64,000 nt of DNA from Eledone cirrhosa (GCA_964016885.1 OZ024752.1:17980001-18044000); one strand, 5' to 3'; positions 13,042 to 30,200 are shown, numbered from the stretch's first letter. Translations and numbers: made by a program. The notes: generated by a model from the letters alone, not told the origin.

Positions 13042-13044
<3 letters not shown>
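12530..13044 (+). mobile_element. ~460-bp non-coding unit with ~52-bp terminal direct repeat and one hammerhead (solo pLTR or retrozyme), in TA repeats
   Basis: gaatttttgggaattt...cattcccttgatt at 12530-12582 and 12992-13044. Confidence 0.7.
12893..12973 (+). ncRNA. Type I hammerhead ribozyme
   Basis: gcctt-CTGACGA-tgatc...gatct-GAAA-ccgcgg-TA-agggc. Confidence 0.85.
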
Positions 13045-13086
<42 letters not shown>

Positions 13087-13806
13087 TCAAAACAGATATA
13101 ATTAAAGCATATAAAATATATCGATAATGGAAATCATGGTTTAAGATGCTTATTACCAGAAACAGATATGTCTGTTTGTAACAAGCATGTTACTATCTTG
13201 AAGTAAGTATATTTACTAACATATTAATTGTTCTGTATATATATGTACAAAATACTAATAGCTTCTTAACTGATATATATCGTATAAACTTGTTTTATAT
13301 ATATATATATAGATTGGATTTTCCCTCTGAAACTGGATTTACACCCGGAGTTTACCTGAATTTCCACCAGGAATTCTTTTCGTATCACTAATATTTTCTT
13401 TGCTTCTAGCATTATTTAAATACAGCATGACTCTCTATCACTTTTCCTCCACTATACTTTTCTTACTTCCACCTTCTTCTTCTCACGCGTATATTTCTTT
13501 CCCACCCCAGTACCTTCATCATGCCCAATCTCAAATTTTTTCTCCGCCAGCTCCATTCCACTCTCAAACGCTTCCTCCAACCTCTCACGCACACCTATAG
13601 CTCTATATACAAAATGTTTTTTTCTTCCCATTTCGGGTAGACGGGCTCCATCATCTACTTTTCTAAAAAAGTATATCATACACAAAACGCCAGCATTAAC
13701 AGTTTTCCAAGAGATGGCAACATGAATGGATCTGCTTTTTTTCTCTAAAAACATTTTTTCCGATTCCGCCCTATCCATCCCTTCGTTATTTCTAATTTCT
13801 CATTCT

Positions 13807-13843
13807 TTCTTCAGATGAAGGACTAGCGTCCGAAACGTTAAGA
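13807..13843 (+). ncRNA. Minimal hammerhead, CAGATGA (U4A) core variant
   Basis: tctt-CAGATGA-aggactagcgtcc-GAAA-cg-TT-aaga; palindromic aacgtt. Confidence 0.65.
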
Positions 13844-13928
13844 ACCACCTCTTCCTGCTATTCCAAGCGTTACACTAATATATTCCATCCATATACTGTA
13901 CCGATTGTGTTGATATTTCTGATTACCT

Positions 13929-13960
<32 letters not shown>

Positions 13961-14034
13961 CGTATATATATATATATAAATATATGAAAAATATGGCGTG
14001 CTGCGTGGTTGCAAATAGGTTACATATGAATAAA

Positions 14035-14465
14035 TTTAGTCCTTCATCAGTGATCTTCCAGCCTTCATTGGTATTTCATCGCTTTAAAGACCATATACCT
14101 CTGGTTGGTGCGAGCAACGGCTAAAGAAAGTTGTTGGAACACGTAAATAGCGAGACAGTAACAAACAAAGATGGTAATGCAACGAAAAGTGAGTAAGAAG
14201 GAGTCAAGTCCCTGAAATCGATGAACATAAGTTCTGTGAAATCGTAGACGAGAGAAAATAAAGACCATCCAACCTGGTCGAAATGTGAGCGAGGAAAGAA
14301 TTTCGCACAGGTCAAACGGGAGGAAGTAGGAGAGGGAGTAGCAGAGGGTGAGTGAGTGAAAGTGTGAGGAAGAGGCTAACAGAGAGAGTGACTGGCAGAG
14401 GGGTAAAAAGAAAGTGAGAGATACAGAGAAAGGGGAAGCAGTAAGAAAGAAACAGACGGGTCACA
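14035..14465 (-). repeat. Dispersed repeat (pLTR-like), truncated just after a hammerhead core; second copy at 46003-46577 (+)
   Basis: Reverse-complement match to 46003-46577; both end at C(T/A)GATGAaggactaaa. Confidence 0.75.
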
Positions 14466-14782
14466 TTCATATATTAACGTTTATTCATTTATTTTCCCCT
14501 CTATTTTTCTTTCTATCCTCCGTTATTTTTAATTATGCTTGTCTCTCCTCTGTCTCTGATCATTTTCTATATATTTTTTTCTCTGTAATAATTTCTCCTT
14601 TTTCTTCTTTATTTTCTTTCTCTTTTTCTTTTTCCTTCTTTTTTCTTTTTCCTTTCCTTTCTTTCTTTACTGTATCTATCTTCTCTTCTTCCTTCTTTTC
14701 TCTCTATATCTTTATTATTATAATTATTATTGATGATGTAATTTGAATTTGTAAATTTTCCGGTTACATATATTTTCAATTA

Positions 14783-14855
14783 ACAGTTTCTGAAGATCTG
14801 ATCGAGCTAACATCGTATTTAGACATCTTTATCAGTGAAACAATTGTTAGACTGT
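14783..14855 (+). ncRNA. Type I hammerhead ribozyme
   Basis: acagttt-CTGAAGA-tctgat...atcagt-GAAA-caattg-TT-agactgt; 7-bp stem I. Confidence 0.87.
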
Positions 14856-14909
14856 AAATAAATCCCCTTTTTTGTAATGTCGACCATGTTATTCTCCACT
14901 TTTTCAATT

Positions 14910-14977
14910 TTACACACACACACACACACATATATATATAGGTAAGTTATTCCGGGTTGAATGTTTGTATATGTGTA

Positions 14978-15042
<65 letters not shown>

Positions 15043-15130
15043 AAAAAAATATACACATATACAAACATATACAAAGACATCTACAGATATACACATAAAT
15101 ACACATATACATGAATACACATACAAAAAC

Positions 15131-15167
<37 letters not shown>

Positions 15168-15238
15168 TATATATACACACACACATATATATATGTATAT
15201 ATATATACATATATATATATACACATATATACACATAA

Positions 15239-15306
<68 letters not shown>

Positions 15307-15365
15307 TTATGTGTATATATGTGTATATATATATATGTATATATATATATACATATATATATGTG

Positions 15366-15412
<47 letters not shown>

Positions 15413-15660
15413 GTATATATACATATATATATATACACACATATACACATATACATATACATATATATATATATATATATACATATACACACATATACAT
15501 ATACATATACATATTTATATGTGTATGTATATATACATACACATATAAATACATACACATATACATACACATATAAATACACATACACATACAATCATGT
15601 ATATATATATATATATATACACATACATATACATATATATACATATATATATATATATAT
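14910..15660. repeat. Compound (TA)n/(CATA)n microsatellite
   Basis: Direct reading. Confidence 0.95.
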
Positions 15661-16166
15661 ATTTGCTCTACGGTTCTTATATATTTGATATATATTTTCC
15701 TTATCGAGCCCTCTTTGGATTTTAGTCTTCAATATTATTATTATTACTATATATATATATATATATATATACGGTCATTTGATGCGTGAAGGGACGACTT
15801 AGCGGACACGAAAAATAACTGCGGTAAGAAATTTTTTCTTATATCAAAGTTTAATGGGCATCCACTGATGATATATAAGTGCCCACCTACATATGTTCTT
15901 ACAGAAAAATATGTTAGGCTTCTACATATACCGGAAACATTCTCCCAGCTTGTAGAAAACTTATAATGAAACAATTGTTTGGAAAGAGAGATATATTTTA
16001 ATTTTAATTATATCTCATATAAAATAATACAACTGACTTTCCACGAAATACATATAGTTAGCACCCCAAACACAAAATTGGGATTATACTAACGTATATC
16101 CTAATGTTTGTTGAGTGAGATGGTTACCAGTCAGAGTTTAGCTTAAAGCTTTCTCTGTTATTGTAT

Positions 16167-16203
<37 letters not shown>

Positions 16204-16469
16204 CGCCAAGGGCCCGCTACTGAACAAACTCTCTGAACACTGCCCGAACTGCATGCACGAAAACTTTGCAACTTTCAAATACCTTAAGCCAGTGTTAATG
16301 CCTGATGGCTAAAAACGACTTCCCCCCCTTTTTTAACGCCACCCGACAAAATAGCCCGCTACCTCTTCCCACCCTACCCCTACCCCTTCTCAACCTGAAA
16401 CACGGCACTATGGTTACGTAAGTACCTCTTACCTATCTGCATTTTCTGCTTGTAGAGCTGTTTTTATGT

Positions 16470-16644
16470 GCCTGTATATATGCGTATATTTATGAGTACA
16501 TGTTTGTATGTATTTGTATGAGTGGCCGTTCGTTTGTATGCGTATCGTTGTGTGTACGTGCGTTCATATGTACCTGCATATTGGCATGTATGTGTATGCT
16601 TATGTGTATATATATATGTATGTATGTGTATATGTGTATGTGTG

Positions 16645-16676
<32 letters not shown>

Positions 16677-16794
16677 TGTGTGTGTGTGCGTGTGTATGTA
16701 TATATGTATATATATATGTGTATGTATATATATGTATATGTGTATATTTATGTATTTGTGTATGTATATATATATGTATATATATGTATATGTA

Positions 16795-16837
<43 letters not shown>

Positions 16838-16922
16838 ATATGTGTGTGTATGTATTTGTATGTATGTGTGTATGTGTATATATGTGTATATATATATATG
16901 TGTATGTGTATATGTATATGTA

Positions 16923-16984
<62 letters not shown>

Positions 16985-17036
16985 TATATATGTATATGTA
17001 TATATATGTATATATATGTGTATGTATATGTATGTG

Positions 17037-17067
<31 letters not shown>

Positions 17068-17154
17068 GTATATATATGTATATGTATGTATGTGTATATA
17101 TATATATATATACATATATGTATGTGTGTGTATTTATATGTGTATGTATATATA

Positions 17155-17226
<72 letters not shown>

Positions 17227-17232
17227 CATACA
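16470..17232. repeat. Compound (TA)n/(TATG)n microsatellite
   Basis: Direct reading. Confidence 0.95.
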
Positions 17233-20479
<3,247 letters not shown>

Positions 20480-20480
<1 letters not shown>

Positions 20481-22960
20481 TGATGACACCTGAAATTTAG
20501 CTTAAGAGAAACTTGACAATAATGATAGGCACCCAATATTTTGAACTGATTTATAGAATTCTCTTGGCCTTTGTCACTCTAAGTAGAGCTTTAAAGAATT
20601 AGCTTTTAAAGAATTTCCCTTTTCTTTAAATCCATCAACTATGACCGACCCCCAACCATCTTATAGACACCTGAAATATAGGCATTGTTAGCTTAAGAGA
20701 AACTTAAAAATAAGGAGTGGCACCCCAATTTGAACTTGTTTATAGAATTCTTTCTGCCGTTATCACTCTAAATATAAATTATAGCCTTAAAGAATTAACT
20801 TTTAATGATTTCCCTTTTCTTTCAACCAATGACCTCCACCCATCCCACTCCCCACCCTCCCCTATCACCTGAAAAGATATAAATACCACAACATTTATTT
20901 TGGACAACCAGATTCCTGATGATTTCTAAAGAATGAAACAGTTCTAGTCCTGTAGAATCTCATGTATATTAAAACTTTTATACTCTGCTATGTATTGAGT
21001 ACCTTACTTACTGTGGTTACCTCCGATTCAACCCGGAATAACTTACCTTTTAGCACTCTTTGTGCCCCTTATAACCATCACCAAGAAACTATGCTGACCA
21101 AACTCGACCTTGATGTCTCCATGAAGAACATCCCCATCTCTCCAAGGAAACTTTACCTAAAAATACTCATCAGACGTACCGACGAGTTCATCAAGCGAAT
21201 TAGATGGAGAGCCTTTTTCTTCGACAACCCTGATGTAGCATCTACCAATGATGAGAAGTTCGGCTTCAAAACGAATAAGGCACCACCCACCAACAGCCTA
21301 CTTGAACCATTTGAAGAAGACCTCTTCAAGATGATCAAAGATATCAAATTCCGTAGAGCCACCACACCATTCCAGGCCTACTTAAATGCCGAATTGCGGA
21401 ATATAAAAAAATCCCCTAATCTTCATGTCTCCTCCGATAAAACCAAAAACGTTTATGAGGTAGACCCACAGACCTACAATAAGCTGGAAAAAATGCCATC
21501 ATGACCACCCACAAAAAGGTAATAGAGATGGTATTGACTGAGACAAACGCGGCCGGAAAAGAAATCGCCAAGTTCCTTAATTTACATGACCGAACCGAAC
21601 CTTTATTGGTAGAGACCCCGCACTTTACCCTGAAGGACCATAAGGGAAACTTCTTCAACAAACCATCAGTCAGACTTATCAACCCACTCGTTCGGACATC
21701 GGCTCTATCAGTAAGAAGATCCTTGATAGAGTTCTACCATTATTGCGGGTTGCCTCACCACTCCCACTCTGGAACAGAACATCTGAGGCAATATCTTGTT
21801 CCAAGAATTACCCGACAAACGCCACCCTCGCTTCCTGCAACTCGACATAGAAAACTACTATGCTTCTATCTCGGAGCCCCTCCTGAAGGACGCAATCACT
21901 TTTGACAGAAATTTTACCACCATAACCGATGCTGAGCAAGATGTTATCCTCCAGGCCCGTAAGACCTTCCTATACCACGATGGATCTTACTGGATCAACA
22001 GGAAGTCTCAGACCCCATTTGACGTGAGCATGGGAGGGAGTGACTCGGCTGAAATAAGCGACCTTGTGGGCCTGTACATTTTACATCACCTGAAGAACCT
22101 TTTTACTGGCCTAACCGGAGGTTTATACCGAGACGACGGCCTCTTCGCCCTGCACAAGGTTAACCCCAGAACAACCGATGGGTTTCGGAGAAACTTAAGC
22201 TCGTTCTTCCGTAATCTAGGATTTAGTATAACTATAGAATCATGACTAGGGCCAACTTTTTAGATGTCACTCTCAACCTAGATACTTCCTTCTATTACCC
22301 GTACCACAAACCTAATGAGCCCCTTAGATATATTAATTTTAATTCTAACCACCCTCAAAACATCACTGATAACTTAGTAAAAAGCGTCTCTATTAGAATC
22401 TCTGGCCTCTCGGCCAAGGAAGGTATATTTAACGTCTCCGCCCCTACTACAATGACGCCCTCGCCTGCAGCGGATTTAAAGAAAAGATAACCTACCTAGA
22501 AACCACCGCAAGACGGCATAGGAGGAATAGGCATAGGCAGATTAGCTGGTACAACCCTCCCTTCAATAGAGAGGTCTCTACACCTATAGCTAGGATTTTC
22601 TTCACTTTGCTGAACACACACTTCCCCATACAACATAGGTACTACACCATCTTTAATAAGAACACAATAAGACTCTCCTACTACACTACACCTAATCTAG
22701 CTAGGAATATAGCCAATCACAATTCTAAAAAATTAAATAAGCCAACCACCTCCGAACCTAACCCCCGGACTGGGGCCTTGTGTAATTGCCTAAATAAGGA
22801 AGCCTGCCCACTTGAAAACAAATGCCTGACAAATGATATCGTATACAAATGCGATGTCATCTCAGGCACCGATGATTACAACAACAAAAAGACTTACATC
22901 GGCATGACTTCCAATAACTTTAAGACCCGGTGGTATGCCCATACCCACTCCTTCTTAGAG
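20480..22960 (+). mobile_element. Near full-length Penelope-like element: 5' pLTR (~20480-21045) and frameshifted RT-GIY-YIG ORF (~21091-22960), probably Hydra clade
   Basis: SMKNIP, KRIRWRA, LKDHK, LDIENYYASI, MGGSDSAEISDLVG, GLYRDDGL, NFLDV, CNCLNKEACPLENKC, IVYKC...TYIGMT. Confidence 0.92.
20910..20960 (+). ncRNA. Type I hammerhead in PLE pLTR
   Basis: agattc-CTGATGA-tttctaaagaat-GAAA-cagttctagtcctg-TA-gaatct. Confidence 0.88.
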
Positions 22961-22964
22961 GGTA

Positions 22965-23105
22965 ACGAAAAGAGTGGGTATGCATGTAAAGACGCTGCTT
23001 GAATCTATTGGTGGACAACCCTATGTAGGCCCTACGGGACGTGGGTGTTTCAACCTTACATTTGTAGACAATGTTACTAGAGGCATTTCCCGGATAGGGG
23101 GCAAT
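22965..23105 (-). mobile_element. Inverted GIY-YIG fragment of a different PLE
   Basis: NIVYKCKVETPTSRRAYIGLSTNRFKQRLYMHTHSF. Confidence 0.8.
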
Positions 23106-23149
23106 CAACCCGATTCCTAACTCTGAAGCCGAGAATCATTCGGTTTCCT

Positions 23150-23643
23150 AGTTAGAATTTTAGTCTACGACTTCAGTCATACCATTTGTTCTCCACGCTC
23201 CACATATGACGTATTATCTTCGTTTTTTCCGTTCATTGCCAGAGAACGTCTCTATGAACCACCTAAGAGAATATTAGTCTACGACTTCTTTTATACCATA
23301 AACGTGGTTTTGTCTTCGCGTGTAATTGTTTTTCACCGCTCCAAATAATGACGTATTATATTCGTTTTTTCCTGTTCTTTGCCAGGGAACGTTTCCTCGA
23401 ACCAAAGTATCGTCTTCCTGTCTTCCTCCGGTTGCAACGTTTTTTGAAATATTCACTTCTGCGTTCACAGATTGACTTTGTTAGTTTCAGAAGATCCCGT
23501 TAAGGGTGAACACAGCGATTCTTTGCTTAAACTTTAATCTGTTATTTTAATAAATATTTGCTCTACGGTTCTTATATATTTGATATATAATTATCCTTAT
23601 CGAGCCCTCTTTGGATTTTAGTCTTCAAATTTATTATTATTAC
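23150..23643 (+). mobile_element. pLTR-like repeat with hammerhead variant at 23483-23533; its tail recurs at 15659-15748 and 45045-45132
   Basis: agttt-CAGAAGA-tcccgttaagggt-GAAC...TT-aaact; shared tail atatttgctctacgg...tattattact followed by (TA)n. Confidence 0.7.
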
Positions 23644-23747
23644 TATATATATATATATATATATATATGTTTGTGTATGTGTATTTATGTATATGTGTAT
23701 TTATATGTATATCTGTAGATGTGGTTGTATATGTTTGTATATGTGTA

Positions 23748-23834
<87 letters not shown>

Positions 23835-23839
23835 GTGTA

Positions 23840-23884
<45 letters not shown>

Positions 23885-23917
23885 ATATATATATATGTAT
23901 ATATATATATATGTGTG

Positions 23918-24070
<153 letters not shown>

Positions 24071-24081
24071 ATGTGAATGTG

Positions 24082-26133
24082 TCTGATGAGACCTGAAATT
24101 TAGCTTAAGAGAAACTTGACAATAATGATATGTTTCTTTTATTTGCCACCAGGGCATCAAAAGTGGGACAAGTACAATGGGGGTAGTTTACAAAACAAGG
24201 CGTCCTCAATAAGGAGGAGGCAATAACAATATATAAAAATAAAATAAAATATAACAAAAAATAAAATTTATAACAAAGTCCTCAATAGAGAGGAGGCGCC
24301 TTGGTGGGTCGCACACACCCCCGAAAAAAGTGTGCAACCCTTTTCCTCGGGAGCACAGAGAAGGGGTGCTCCCTTGGTCTTTCATCTTCCTCACCTATAG
24401 TCTGATGTAGAGTGAAGGCCCATTCCCACGGGCCATTCTCGCCACTTTCACCCATCTTTCATAAAAACGGCTGGGGTGCAGCACCTCTCTCTCCATCCTG
24501 ATCCTTCTTCCGAAATGATATCGGAAGAAACGGACCAGTTGTTGGCCAGAGAGAAAGGTGTCTGACCTCAGTCCTTTCAGACGCGTCCACCATACAACCT
24601 CTTTCGCCATGGCTATTACGCACAGAAACACCGCCTCTTCTTCGTTTTTGAAGAGGGGAGGCGGCTTTATCGTTACAATAGACTCGGTGGTCAACCGGAT
24701 CGGTCCCACCCTTGACAGCAGTTGTTCGACATAGCCCCACAGATCGGCAATGCCCGAGCAGTGTACCAATGCATGTGCAACGGTTTCCTCGTCGCACACG
24801 CATCTGGGACAGATCTTTTTCGAGGGGTCCCTACCCGGGCGCCCGTGTCTGTAGAGCCTTTCTCGAACGGGCAGAGCCCTTCTGTAGCATTGCCAGGACA
24901 GGGACCTCTGGAAGTTATCCATGGGTCCCGGGCTGAATGTCCTACCGAACAGGTTGGCCAGTTCGTCTTCCTCCATGCCTAGGGCTTCTCCGAGGGCGTC
25001 GTCGCACCTGCTAACCACCAGCCCTCTATAGAATGACGAGGTGGATTCTCCACTGACAGCCGGGTCCGCCTGCCAGAGAGCCGTGAGTGCCTGGGCACAC
25101 TCGGTGTGCCAGGCGCCCAGTTTTCTCGGTCTTTGCTTGACCCAGGATTGCAGCTCGGTGAGTGAGACGAGTCTGGGAAAGGCTCGCCTCACAAACGGGG
25201 CCCACACCGGTTGACCGTAGAGGAATACCTGAAGGTGCCGTAGCCTTAATGCGTGTTTACGTATCATTAGCCACGGCATCCCCAGCCCTCCTTTCGAAGG
25301 GTGTTGACAGCAGATGGATCTCCTCACCATAGGAGCCCGCTTCTTCCAAAGGAATTGGAAGAGTGCGCGCTCCATTTTGGCGAGCGTTTCCCTTGGGAAA
25401 GGCACAACGGTCAGGCGGTAGTAGATGACGGACGCTATATAAGTGTTCGCCACCTCCGCCCGACCTTTCAGGGACAGTTTGCACTCGGCCCACTTCTGGG
25501 TCAGTGCAAACACCCTGTTCGTTACCTCACCCCAGTTTTTCTCCACCTGGAGGTCTGGTCCGAACCAGACCCCGAGCAACTTCACCGGGCCCTCCGTCCA
25601 GCGTCCGACGACGCCATCGGAGGGCATCGATCTGCCCCTCCACGATAACTTGATAATAATAACGATAACTTGACAATAATGATAGGCACCCAATATTTTG
25701 AACTGGTTTATATAATTCTCTTGGCCTTTGTCACTCTAAGTAGAGCTTTAAAGAATTAGCTTTTAAAGAATTTCCCTTTTCTTAAAATCCATCAACTATG
25801 ACTGACCCCCAACCATCTTATAGACACCAGAAATATAGGCATTGTTAGCTTAAGAGAAACTTAAAAATAAGGAGTGGCACCCTAATTTGAACTTGTTTGT
25901 AGAATTCTTTCTGCCTTTGTCACTCTAAATATAAATTATAGCCTTAAAGAATTAGCTTTTAATGATTTCCCTTTTCTTTCAACCAATAACCTCCACCCAT
26001 CCCACTCCCCACCCTCTCCTACCATCTGAAAAGATATAAATACCACAGCACTTATTTTGGACAGCCAGATTCCTGATGATTTCTAAAGAATGAAACAGTT
26101 CTAGTCCTGTAGAATCTCATCTTTATTAAAACT
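24082..26133 (+). mobile_element. Second copy of the 20480-21045 pLTR, interrupted by a Tx1 insertion; hammerhead at 26067-26117
   Basis: 24082-24130 plus 25685-26133 match ~20479-20975. Confidence 0.88.
24131..25644 (-). mobile_element. 5'-truncated Tx1/L1-clade LINE (ORF2 C-terminus and 3' UTR) with 18-bp TSD
   Basis: LSLKGRAEVAN, SKGGLGMP, CPRCVCDEETVAHALVHC; TSD aacttgacaataatgata at 24113-24130 and 25667-25684. Confidence 0.93.
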
Positions 26134-26155
26134 ATATATATATATATATATATAT

Positions 26156-26309
26156 GGCTTTCCATTGAATGGTGTAGTCTATACTTGAGTACTTGAGGGA
26201 CCATACGTGGCTCGCGAGTTTCGTGGATGAACGTCTGTCCGGGTACCTAAAGCCACGTAGTTGTCCCTCAAGGACTCAAGTATAGACTACTCCATTTAAT
26301 GGAAAGTCA
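26156..26309. mobile_element. MITE-like hairpin with ~55-bp imperfect arms
   Basis: ggctttccattgaatggtgtagtctatacttgagt... / ...actcaagtatagactactccatttaatggaaagtc. Confidence 0.6.
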
Positions 26310-26665
26310 TCGCAAGGTCCAAGCCATACCAAGGGGAAATACGTCGTGTGGACTGTGTATTGACGAATGAATAAATATTCTAAAGAGATTATGCAATAGT
26401 GATTGCCTAAAGACGAGAAATGAATTTTTCATACGTTGACCACACGTCTCGAAACACCTATTGCATAACTACAAAGCTCCGGATTGAATGAATTATTGTA
26501 ACAAAATAAAAATATTTTCTTATCAACTAAAAACTTTTCGGACTTTCGCAGTCATTTCCCTTCACCTCTCGCACGCATTTTAGTATTGCCTGTGAGAAGT
26601 GACGGGTTTCTGCGCATGCGCGTTTGTACGGTTGTCCTTCCTGTTCCGGATAACAATGCCCATTG

Positions 26666-26703
26666 CGAGCTCAGGATCCGCTAAGGTGAAACAATTTTCC
26701 TCG
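26666..26703 (+). ncRNA. Degenerate minimal hammerhead
   Basis: cgag-CTCAGGA-tccgctaaggt-GAAA-caattt-TC-ctcg; G5 substituted. Confidence 0.45.
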
Positions 26704-26731
26704 GTATGGTGAACTAACTGTTGTGTAACCA

Positions 26732-26804
<73 letters not shown>

Positions 26805-26886
26805 AACCAGTTATCGTCTAAGGCAATCCAAGCCAAGTAGAGGTTATCAGTACTCTATATCGAGGATAGTTTGAACGTTCGGCATT

Positions 26887-26964
<78 letters not shown>

Positions 26965-27226
26965 AATATAGATTCAGCGAGAATCGCATTTCGGCGGGTA
27001 GGAAAGACGAAACGAAACGCAAAAATCAGAAATGACACTGGCAAAGTAATCAATAGTTAAAAAACCAGAGCTAAACAATATGTTAAGAAGCCATACAAAA
27101 CTGAAAAAGTGGTCAAGAAACATCAACCACCTAAGCCAAAAATCAAATCAAGCTAAACAGGTCAAAACAAAATATATGATAAAAAATAAATGATAAAACC
27201 AGCCCTGGACCCCTTGGCATTGCTGT

Positions 27227-30200
27227 TCAGTGACTGTGATCGGTCTTTCGCAGAACTCGGCGTCCATGCTCGTGAGACGCGGCAGGCCATCGAGGTATTG
27301 CCCCGTTCGACGCACCGCCACTCTGCCCGAACAGTTGTGCAAAGTGCCGCTGAAAGGCCGCGCACAACCGCTTGGGGTCAAGTAACACGCGTCTGTTTTG
27401 GTCTTTCAAAGACCGAATCGTGGACATGTTGACACTTTTCGCCTCTGCCACTCGGGTCCAGCTAACAGCTTTCACACCCTCGTTTCCTAGAGCACGTGAT
27501 TTACTTCTGCCCACGCAGCCTTCGTGTTTCGCCTCGAAGAACTGGTCCAGTGCCGTTCTCGTTGCTAGTACTCTAGCTACGTTGCCACCCCTAAGCACCT
27601 CCTCTACCTTGGCTACTAGTTCCGTTTCTGTTTTGTTTCTCTCTAAGGCTAACTTTCTGCCAAAGTCTATCGACTCTACTCTAATTTCTTTTTTGAGGGA
27701 ATACCACCTTCTGTTGTTGACGATGGCTCCCGTCAATTGTTGCTTAACTAATCTACTTATCCGTTCACTGTAGGCTTTACGTGTCGGTAGCGACACGTTC
27801 AGCTCCCATATCCGGGTCCTTGTCTATGTATTCTATCACGGATGACTATGCAGATGACTAGTTTGTGGTCTGAATAGGCAACCATGTGCATTTGTGGACA
27901 GCTTAACATCTTCTTGTCCTTCTCTCTAATGAAAAACCTATCTAAATACGATCTAGATGTCCCGCTGCGGTTTGCCAACGTGCACTGTGGTGCAGTCGGG
28001 AAATCTAGTCGATATCTATCGGCCAGTTGGAATTGACCGATTAGATTTTTGAGGCTGTTGCACCCCTCTCTACTGGGACATGCTCCCACATAGTCCCATC
28101 GTGCATCTAGGAAACCATTGCAGTCCCCCACTAAAAGTAAGGAGCGAGACGTTCCTATAAAAGACTCTAGACGCTTAAAGAAGTCTGGCCGCGATTGCGA
28201 TTGCCCGGTCGGGGCATAAACGGCCACCAGTCTGAAGGCTCCACCTCTAATACTGTTCACGTCTAGGACTACCAGTCTACCCTTCGGGTCCAAGTGTACT
28301 TGCTGTACTTCGACGTCCAGGTTTTTCCGAAACATGACAGACACTCCCCCTCCACCTCCTGGCTGACAGAGAGATGCGTAGATCTCAAAGTCATTGAAGA
28401 TGGGGGTTAGTTGCTGCCTGTTGTGGATCCTGGACTCAGTGATGGCTATAACATCCATACCGTGTGACCTAAGGTCGTTTAAAAATTGGCCCTGTTTCCA
28501 GGGCATCCCTAGGCCACGAACATTTACGCTTCCAACTCGTAAACTAGCCATGATGGTGGAGAAGCGTTGGCGAAAAAGGACGAAAAGGTGCACTTTCCTT
28601 TTCGTTTCCTGGAGATCGGGTTGTTCAATCTCCATTTGGGTATTGTAAGGGGTGTTGGTGGTGTGGGGAAACCTTTTAACAGGACGCGGTTGATGGGTTT
28701 CTGGCAGGGGTTGCCCACGTCCTGCGAAAATGTATTCTTCAGGTCACTATAGGTCTCCGTACAAACCCTTATAAGTTTAAGGTGTGGAGACGATTCTGCT
28801 TTAACGAAAGTTTTGCCCTCCGTCTCCACTTTGGGGTTTTTGGAGATGACCTTCATCAAACTCTTGTAGTTTGTGTTGATGTATGCATATTGTTGATTGT
28901 GTTTTTGTTGTGTTGTTATTGTTTGTTGTTCGTTCGGGAGTTTTCTTTTTATGGTGGGTGCTTGTGTTTGGGGTGGTGTTGGTGTTGGTTTTGCTGGTAG
29001 GGGGATGTATGACTGTGGTGTTGTTTGTGTTGTTGTTTGTGTCTGTGGTTGTGTGTTGGTGTTGGTGATTGGAATTTTGGGGGTTTTGTGGTGTCTCTTT
29101 TTTTGTTTTTTGGATTTCCGAGGATCTCCTTCTTCTTCACTTAAAAAGAAGGAGAAGCAGCCTCATCTGTTGTGAATAATCATCGCCAGAAGTGTGGGGT
29201 AGGGGTATGTTGTGTGGTGGTGGTGTTTCGGTGGGTGTGTTTGTGGTAGTGTTTGATTGAGTGGGATGGGGTGGGACTGTGTTCTTCAGGGGTGTTGTCT
29301 GTGTTTTTTCTGTTGTTGTTGGTTGAGTGGCTGTTTGTTTTGGTGTGTTTGCTTGTTTCGTGTGTTGTTGTTGTTGTGGTGGTTGTTGTTTTGGTGTTGG
29401 TGTTGGTAACAGTGTTTTCTTTGGGATTGTTTTGGTTGAGAGTGTTTGTAAAGGGCAGGACGCCTTTAGATGTGTGGTGCTATTGTAACGAAAGCAATGT
29501 GGTTTTCGTCCCTCAACCGGAATGCTTATGTGGCTGTTGTTGTCCACCAGCACTTTTTCTGGTATTTTGGAGATTTTCTCCGGGCTCATTTGCACCAGAA
29601 TCTCCAAATTTGTACCAGACCACGTGTGTCTGGTTGACCTTTTGATGGAGAGAATGGTGTATTTTCTCTCCTCTAAAAATCCTGCCAATATCCACCAAAT
29701 ATTAATATTTGATGGTATGTTTGTAATTCTGATTTTTTGTGTTCTTTTTCCCAGGTATGTAGGGAAAAAGGTGTATTTTTTTGACAGTATTGGCATCGCT
29801 GAGTATCTTTGTGCAAGGGCCTCGCTTTTGAGGAGTACCGACATACTCCCGCACTGTTTTGCCCTCTGTATAAAGTCAATGTTTGGCAATATCTCCTTCA
29901 AGGTTGCCTCAATTTCCCCTTGACTGAGGAATGCTGGTCGTTTCGTTTCATTTGAAACAGTTCTGAAGGTAATTGTCCTTCGAAATGTTTCCAGACGAAT
30001 TTCTGGGGGTGAGTTTATTTGAAATTCACCGTTTTCACCGAAAGTGATAAACTCCTTTGCTTCAGAGAGCATCTGTTTCGCATTGGAGATATCGAGATCC
30101 TTGAACTCTTGTTTCTTGACTGTTTGTGCAAAAGTTATTTTTTTGGTGTTGTTGTTATTGTTGTTGTTGTGGTTGTCGGTTTTTCCGTTTGTAGTTGTGT

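Noticed and set aside
13452-13778. 108-aa minus-strand ORF upstream of a hammerhead
   Set aside because: Antisense to a pyrimidine-rich pLTR-like tract; no recognisable domain
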